This document shows positions 30,180-39,100 of a DNA stretch of 64,000 nucleotides, one piece after another. The translations under genes and the position numbers were made by a program. This stretch comes from a virus. The first letter of the stretch is position 1. The number at the start of each line of letters is the position of its first letter. The stretch covers positions 806 through 64,805 of IMG/VR virus record IMGVR_UViG_3300037310_000240; one strand, 5' to 3'. The notes under the pieces were generated by a model, which did not search any database, was not told the origin of the DNA, and worked only from the letters and a program-made list of their open reading frames with translations.

Positions 30180-33100
30180 TGGGTGATCGTCCACTTCGTC
30201 CGCCGAACGCAGCCGAGCGCCGCATGGCGGTGCAGGTTGGACTCACGCCAGAGGAGGCGGCGTGGGATGCGGCGAACAACCTCTCCGAGGGGAACCTTGC
30301 CGAACTGGAGCGCGAGATTCGTCGCGCCAAGGACCCGAAGATCAAGGCCACCCTCGTTGCCGAGAGAGAGAGGATCCTGCGCGACGACCCGTCTGTGGCT
30401 GCCGGCGCGCCTCCTGCCCCAACGACGGTACATCGCCAAGAAGCCAAAGAAGAAGGGGCGGAGGAGTTCTTGGACAGCATTTTCGGCATTTCAACAGCCA
30501 AAGGCCGTCCCGGCGCAGCGCCAACAGCTGTTCGGCGCGCCGAAACAGCAGACGAGTTCCTGAACGGGATCTTCGGTGGCGTGCTTGAAGAAGCAGAAAA
30601 GAAGCCCGCCGAACCGAGCGGTGGCTTCGCGCGCCGTGCCGGCGATGCCGCGATCGATCTTCTAGCCAAGGGTCCTGTCGCGCTCGGCGAATCCGCCGTC
30701 GGGCTGCTCGACATCCTGACGCTCGGCGGCGCCGGCAGCGCCCTTGCCATCGCGGGCTACGACCCGAAGCGCACGCGCGAGATTCTCGAAGGCTATTACA
30801 GCGACGCCCGCAAGGCCGCCAACAAGGAAGTCGGCGACGCGAAGGGGTTCGTGGACACCACGTTGTCGATGATCCAGAACCCCAGCACGATCGCCGGCAT
30901 GATCCTCGAATCGCTGCCCGGCACCGTGGGGATCGCGGGCGTGGCACGCCAGTTCGCCACGAAGGTTTTCGTGGAGGCCGGGAAGAAAGCCGCCGCTGTC
31001 GGCCCGCTCACCCCGGCGATGCTGGAGAAGGCGGGGCGCGAGGCGGTCGAGGCGGCGCTGCCGAGGATCCTTGCGGTCGCCGCAGGCGCCGAGGGCGCGC
31101 AAGCCGCCGGCTCGATCGCCGAGCAGGCGCGGCAGGCGAACCGGGACTGGAGTGAATACGTACTTCCCGCGCTCGCGGGCGGGACCGGGACCGCTGTGAT
31201 CGGCTTGGCGGGCGGCAAGATCGCCGGCACCGCGCTCGGCAAGAAACTGGGCATGGCGGACGTGGAGACCGGGATCGCCACGGCCGGCATGCGCAAGGAA
31301 GTCACCGAGGCTCCGGGTCTTGCGAAGCGTGTCGTCGGATCTGCGGTGCGCGAAGGCGTGCTGGAGGAAATGCCGCAGTCCGCACAGGAACAGGCGATGC
31401 AGAACATCGCCGAGGGCAAGCCGGTTGGCGAGGATGTGGGCAAGGCGGCTGCGCAGGGCATGCTGGCTGGCTCGGGCATGGGTGGACTGTACGGCGCCGT
31501 GTCGCGTCCGCGCGAGGCCGCGCCCGAGACGGCGCCCGCGACAGCGCCAGCCGTCACCGTAGAAGCCGCAGCCGCCGAGGCGCCCGTGGTGGTCAGCGCG
31601 GAGCAGGTGCGCGCGCTGGCCGGCGAGCGCATCGAGGAACTGGCGGCGCGCGAGCGCCTTGGCCCGGCGCCCGAGAAGTTCGTGGGCCGCGACGAGAACG
31701 GCAACGCGATCTTTGAGAAGCAGGAGCAGGAGCGCATCACCCCGGCAGAGCGCCGCGAACTGCGCAACCTGCGCGCCGCGCTTAACCGCAAGAACGACGA
31801 CGAACTGGGCGCCATCCTTGGCGTTCAGGTTGGAGGAACCGATGAAGCTGGTCAGCAGCAACCCGATGTTGCACAACCCGCTGCTGGGACAGCGACAGCG
31901 GCAGATCAACAAAATCTCGCTGCTCAAGGCGTGGGTGGAGCGGGAGCGCCAGCAGCTGCGGCTGGTGAGCGCGTTGCCCCAGCCGGAACACGGATCGTTG
32001 CTCAAGAGGAACTGCCCGACAGCGATACTGAGGTCGAGGTTGGTATCGGGGGGCAAAACTACAAAGCCACCCGCCTTGGCAAGCGCACCTTCGGATACCT
32101 CCAGCGGCTGAGCAAGGCGCTGTTCAACAAGGACATCGTTCTGGTCGAACACCAGAACGCGTCGAAGGAATCGTGGTTCAACGGCATCACGATGCCGGAC
32201 GACAACAACATCTACCTGTCGCGCGACGCCACGGATGCGCATGCCTCGGTGGTATTCGGCCACGAACTCGGCCACCACCTGCGCAAGGAAGCGGGCGAGA
32301 CGTGGGGCAAGCTGGCCGACACGGTGATTTCGCTTGCCAACCCGGACTGGATGCAGCGCATGCGCGCCCAGTACACGGGATCCGAGGGGTTGAGCGACGA
32401 GGCGGTGAAAGAGGAAATGGTCAACGACATCCTCGGCAACCGCTTTGGCGAAAAGCAGTTCTGGACGCAGCTGTTCCAGAGGATCGAGCAACAGGACGGA
32501 CAGCCCGCGATGCAGCGCGTGTTCAACGCGGTGAAGGGTTGGTTCACCAACCTGCTCACCCGCGCTCGGGTGCGCGGCTTCGAGACCGACAGCTACGTGA
32601 AGGACCTCGCTGCCGCGCGCACAGCTGTTGTCGATGCGATGTCCGACTACATCAAGATCCGCAGCGCGCCAGCTGCCGCAACCGCCGCTCCGGCCGCCGC
32701 GCCAGAACCCTCCGCCGCCGAGGCCGCCCGCGCCTTCCGCGCCCAGCAGACCGAAGCCCTCACCCGCGAACCCTCCCTGCAGGAAATCCTCTCGCAACGC
32801 GCCGAGCAGGGTATGCGTTCGGCCGTTCGCACACGCGGGGAGGAGCGCGTCATGGAGGAAGCGGCGCGCCACCTCACCGGGGACGAGGCCGCGAAGCTGC
32901 GCCCGGACCTTGCGCGCAAGATGGTGGACCTGCTCACGAAGCTGCCGACCGCGAAGGAAATGGCGGCGGTGGCGCACGCCGGGCGCGCCAAGCGCGGCTG
33001 GTACAGGGAGAGCGCCGAGGCGATCATGCGCGTGTTCGGGCCGGATGCGCCGCGCTTCGCCGCGATGCTGGCGGCCACGTCTCCGCAGACCTCGGTCGAG

Positions 33101-36100
33101 TACAACCTGCTGAACGCCCTGACGATCTGGAAGAACTGGGTGCAGGCCGGGCGCCCCACGACGGACAAGGAAATCCTCGACATCATGGGCGACTCGGTGC
33201 TGCAGTCGCCGATCCACAACCGCGACAAGGAACAGATCTTCCGCCTCGGCGCCAAGCTGGGGATGAAGCTGGACGGCGGCAAGGACGCGATCGCGGATCG
33301 CATCGTGAACTTCGCCAACTCCTCGCCCGAGAACGGCCAGCGCGTGCGCAACTACTCGGTGCTGGACGCGTGGGTGAAGAACACCCAGCGCGCCCTCACG
33401 GCCGCAGAACCTGCCAGCTTGGTGTTGTCCGGCCCCAAGGTCAACTCGTTCTTCCGCAACCTGCTCGGTCACGTCAACGAGGTCACGAACGACGCGTGGA
33501 TGGCGGCCTATGCCGCCGTGGACCAGAAGCTGTTCGGCGGCACCCTGAACGTCAGCGGCACCGAGCCGGGCAAGCGCCCGGGATACCTCGCCATGTCGGC
33601 GCGCGTACGGGAGACATCCAAGCTGCTTACGAAGCTGACCGGCGACACGTGGACCCCGGTCGAGGTGCAGGAAACAATTTGGGCGTGGGCCAAGACGCTG
33701 TACGAAATGCGCGAGCGCGCGGGCGAGCAGCGCACCATGCCGGAAATCCTGTCCGACACGGACGCCATCAACCAGCTGATCCAAGCAACCCCCGACTTCG
33801 GGAGCCTGTTCAATGAACGCATCTACCAAGACCTTCTCGCAGAAGCCGGACTCGACCCAACTCGCGCGCGCAGCGACTGGGGTGGCCGCGCTCCAGCAGT
33901 CGCCGCCGTCGCCGCAGACGCAGGACAAAAGGCGCCGTTTGCTGGGCGCACTCAAGGCCAACTCGAACGCCAAGCCGCAGCCCGCCTCGAAGGCGTAAAG
34001 CAGCAGCGCGACAAGGAAGGCAAGAAGTCCGCGTTCCGCGTCACCGACAAGGCATACGTCGGCAACGGCCTCGCGATCCAGAAAGGGGACAACCTCCTGC
34101 CCGAGCAGCGCGCGGTCGAGGAAAGCGCCGCGCGCATGGTCATCGAGGACCTTGATGGCACGATCGCGAGGTACGGAAAGCTGGATGGGGCGTACGGTGG
34201 CCGCTACCTCAACACCGACCTTGCCCGTGAATTGGTGCCGGAGTACGCCGCCAGCAAGGCGTCGCGCGCCCTGCACTCGGCGTCCGTCCATGAGCCGATG
34301 TCGTTCCTCGTCAAGAAGATGTACGAGCGCCGGCTGGCGATGCCGCGCGACCCGAAGCGCAACTTCGAGGTGTTCTTCACGGCTGGCGGCACCGGGTCCG
34401 GCAAGACAACCGGCCTGAAAACCTACGCCGCCCTGTACAAGCGCGCGATGAACGCGGACATGATCTACGACACCAACCTGAACACGCTGGGGTCGTCGAT
34501 GCAGAAGATTTCGCAGGCGCTGCGGTCGGGGCGCGATGCGACGGTGATGTTCGTCTACCGGGATCCGGTCACGGCCTTCGTGGAGGGGACCCTGCCAAGG
34601 GCGGTGCGGCAGGGGCGCGCAGTGCCGCTTGCCGAGCATCTTCGCACCCATGTCGGCGTGGCAACAACTGTTCCACAGCTGCGCCGCGAGTTCGGCGGCA
34701 ACCGCAAGGTGTACTTCATCTATCTTGACAATGGCACGCAGGGGTACGGGAAGAAAAACGCCGTCATCATCCAGCCTGCGCGGTACAATGAATTCGATCG
34801 TCGGATGCAGGAGCGTGCAAGCGACGAGGCGGCGCTTCACAAGGAACTTATCGATGGCCTACGTGAGTCAGAGGTTGCTGGACGAGTATCAGAAGATGTC
34901 GTCCGAGGAACTCTCGGCGGAAGCGGAGAAGTACCTCGTGAAGGACGGGGACGAGGCGCGGGAGAGGCGCGCGGCGATCGCGGCGGTAGGGATGTCTCGC
35001 GGCTTGCAGAAGGTCGCGGAAATGTCGGAAGAGGAGAGGGTCAAGCTGGACCAGCTTGGCTGACGCGCGAGCCGTCCGGCGAAGCGCAGTATTCCAAGGT
35101 ACGCAACAAGACCCAGCTGTCCATCGGTGATGCGCCTCCCGCCAAGACCGGCGAGGCGTTCGTGGTGTACCGGGCGGCGACCAGCGCGCCGCAGCTGGCG
35201 GGGCGCAACGCCGGGAACTCTGACGGCGTGGCGCGCTATCTGGCGAACATGGACGACATCGACGCCCCGTCGTACGGGGCAGAGGCCACGCACGTCCACG
35301 CGTTCCTCGTCAGGACCACCAAGCCGTTCGGTGACTACGATGTCATCGTGCGCGGCGCGCGCGATCGCGCACCGCGTGAAGAAGCCCCGGTCGGGAAGTT
35401 CGAGCATCAGGGCGGCGCCGTTGCCTACAGCTTCGAGCGCGGCGGGGCGTGGACCGCAGAATACCTCGGCAGCGTCCCGATCGAGGACCTGCGCAAACAG
35501 CTGTCGGCGACGTTCCGCGATGTCACCAAGGAACGCGGGCGCGTAACCAGCTTCGATGACGCCGGCTCCGCGATCGGCGGAGAGGCGATCCGCCGCGCCT
35601 TCGCGCCGATGGTCAGGGCGCATGGCAAGGAAGTTCCGAATCGCAGCGCCTTCCGCGTACAGGAAGGGGAAGCCTACTGGCCCTCGATCGAGAAGCTGAT
35701 CGAGCGCATGGAGAACGGCGCCACCGAGTTCGATCGCAAGGTGGCCTCGACCACCAAGATCCCGGTGATGCAGACCCCGGACGCGTTGCGCGCGGTGCGG
35801 GCGTTGCGTCACAACAGGTACGTGGTGTCCACGGCCGGCAATGTGTGGATGAAGGGCACCGACCAGCACCACGAGTCCAAGCACGGCACGGCGATTCCGC
35901 GCGAGACGCTGGAGCGCCTGCCCGAGTTGCTGGCCGACCCGATCGCGATCTACCACAAGTCGGAGTTCGACAAGAGGAACCAGAAGGTCGCGCGCACCAT
36001 CAACGGCGACACCTTCCTCGTCATCACGCGCGCGCGCCTGCCGAACGGCGATTACGTCGCGGCGGCGGTGGCGCCGGACAAGTACGCCGGGCAGATGGTG

Positions 36101-39100
36101 AACTTCGTGAAGAGCGTCCACCCGAGGACGCCGCAGCAGATCAACACCTACGCGCAGCACCTGCTGTACTACGACGAAAGGGAAGCTAGAAATAAAACGG
36201 GCCTACCGTCGGCAGGCCCTACCGCTTCGGATCAGTCCACGGGTCAATCCCGGGGTCCTAACGGATGGCTCACTGTACCCACCCAGCGCGGCGCGGTCAA
36301 GATCCCGTCGCGCTCAGACGTGGAAAATCGACAGCTGTTGGCGCAGCGTTCGACTGTTCGTACGCCCGAAAACGAGGCCGCCCGGCAGGCGGCGGATCTT
36401 GCCGAGCGTGCGCGGGAGGAGGGCTACGAAACCCTCGATGACCTGCTGCTGCGTGATCCGAGGCGGTTCAATGAACTCGCTGCGGAGTGGCGCGCCGACA
36501 ACCCCCTGTACAGCAAATTCCGCACGCAGCTGACGCACGGCGATTCGTCGATCCGCAACCGCTCGATGTACGTCGGCAACCGCAAGGTCGGCGAGACCAC
36601 GGTGTACCGGGACGGCACGGACACGGCGCACCTGTCCTCGATCTTCGTCCGCCCGGACATGCGCGGAGAAGGTCTTGGCTCGGCCACGGTCGATGCGTTC
36701 GTGCGCGACGCCAAGGAACTCGTGCCGAACGGGCGCTACATCACCGCCGAGGTGGTGAACCAGCGCATCTACGACATGCTGAAGCGTCGCCTCGGCGAGC
36801 CGACGCAGATCGGAGAGGAGGGCCAGTACAGCGAGCAGGACCTGCGCGAGTACCTGCCGACCAAGCCGGACGCCAAGGCGAAGCAGCTGACGTGGGACCG
36901 CAAGATGTACGTGCGCTGGCTCAACGAGGTGACGTTCGAGGACGCGAAGAAATCCACCATGCGCCTCGTGCAGAGCAAGGCGTTCGAGAAGTGGTTCGGC
37001 AACTCGGTGGTGGTCCACAACGACGGCTCGCCGAAGATGGTGCTGCACGGCACCTTCGGGGATTTCGTCGAGTTCGATCCGCAAAAGACCTACGAGTCCT
37101 CGTACGCCGGGCGCGGCATCTACCTCACCGATTCGCCTGTGGACGCGAGCGAGAACTACGCGAACCGCCTCGGCCCCGATGTGGACTGGAAGGTGCGGCA
37201 ATATCGCGATGAACAGGTTCTCGGTTCCGAGGAATGGGGGCCGGAGGAACTGATGGCGTGGTGGCAGAACAATCGCGACCGCAATCGCACCGAGCCTCTG
37301 TCCCCCGATGAGGAGCGCGCCGCCGCCTTGGCGATCGCCGAGCAGGAGGTGCTGGGCATCCACGGCCCCCACATCATGCCGCTGTTCGCGCGCATCGAGA
37401 AGCCGTTCAAGATCGGCTACGGCAATGACAGCACGCGCTTCAACATGCGCGACGTTCCGCGCATGCGCCGCGCTCTGGAGAAGCTGGCGGACGAGGTGGA
37501 CGACGAGTCGGTTGCCGAGGCCGGGTTGAGGGTGTTCGTCAACGAGGTTCACGACAAAGGCCGGGTTTTCGCGGACTGGATCATCGAAGAAGGCTTGGGC
37601 CTCGAAGTGACGGATGCCCGCACCGGGGAATTCCTCAACAACGGCAGCATCGCCAATCGGCTTGCCCGCTACATGGGATTCGACGGCATCCAGATGAACG
37701 CCGGCTACTACTTTGGCCCCCGGATGCCGCAGACGCGTGGCGCCACGCACTACGTCGCATTCGATTCCTCGCAAGTCAAGTCGGCGATCGGCAATGCCGG
37801 GACGTACGGCCGCCACAGTCGCAACATCCTTCGCTCCGCGATGCGCACCAACATCGCGAACGCGATCGCCAACACGAACCTTCCCTCGGGCTTCGTCGGC
37901 GCCGTGCGCGACAACCTTTCCGACATCATCCGCCCGACCGAGGCGGAACACTTCAATTGGTTCCATCGCTCGATCGGCACCCAGCTGCACAAGGCGCGCG
38001 TCAACCCGTTCTTCTCCAAGGTGTTCAACCTCGGCCAGAAGTTTCTCGACGACGTGGCGATGTTCGCGATGCGCGCGCAGAGCCTCGCGCCCGACATTCT
38101 GCCCAACCTAGGGAAGCTGTCGTGGAAGGCGCTGCGCGGCGGCGTCAGCAGCAGGGACAACGAACTGCTCGGGCAAGCCCTTGCGGAGGGCACGCTGCAG
38201 AACGGGCCGGACCCGCATACCGGAGTGGTGTGGACGGATGCCGACCTGCGCAGCCGCTACAACATGAACGACTACCAGATCAGCCTGTACCGGCAGGCGC
38301 GCGCAGCGATCGACCAATCCCTCGACGACATCGGCAAGGCGCAGATGGCGCAGATGGCGCGCACCGCCGGGGTGCCGCAGGCGGTGATCGAGCAGCAGAT
38401 GGAGCAGCACCTGACCCTGCCGCAGGTGCAGGCGAACCTTACGGCCGCGCTCAACCAGCTGCCGCAGACGCGCGGCCGGGACAACGCGCTCAAGACGGTT
38501 CGCAGCATCGGCGGCGAAACGGCTGTCCTGAAGGGTGCCGGCTACGCGCCGCTGATGCGCTTCGGCAAATACACGGTGACGGTCCACGATCGTCAGGGGA
38601 ACCGCGAGTGGTTCTCGATGCACGAGACCAAAGCCGAGGCCCAGCGCACCAAGGACAGGGTGATGGCCTCGCAGTACCCGGCGTCGCAGGGCTACACCGC
38701 GCAGACCGGGGAAATGAACGAGGAATCCTACAAGCGGTTCGCCGGGGTATCGCCCGCGACCATCGAGGCGTTCTTCAACAACGTGCCGCTGTCGAACGCG
38801 ACCGAGGAGGCGATGCGTCAGGCGTACATGCAGATGGCGATTTCCAATCGCTCCGCGATGTCGCGCATGATGCGCCGCGAGGGTGTGCCGGGGTTCTCGA
38901 AGGATGCCACGCGCAACCTCGCGCACTTCATTGCCTCGAACAGCCGGCAGGCGTCGAAGATCGTCAACATGCCACAGCTGTTGCGTGCGGCCGAGGAAGC
39001 CACCGAGCAGGGTGGCGGCGACATCGGCGCGGAAGCCGACAAGCTGATTCGCTATATCTCGGATCCGGCCGAGGGCGCGCAGAAGTTCCGCAGCTTCCTG

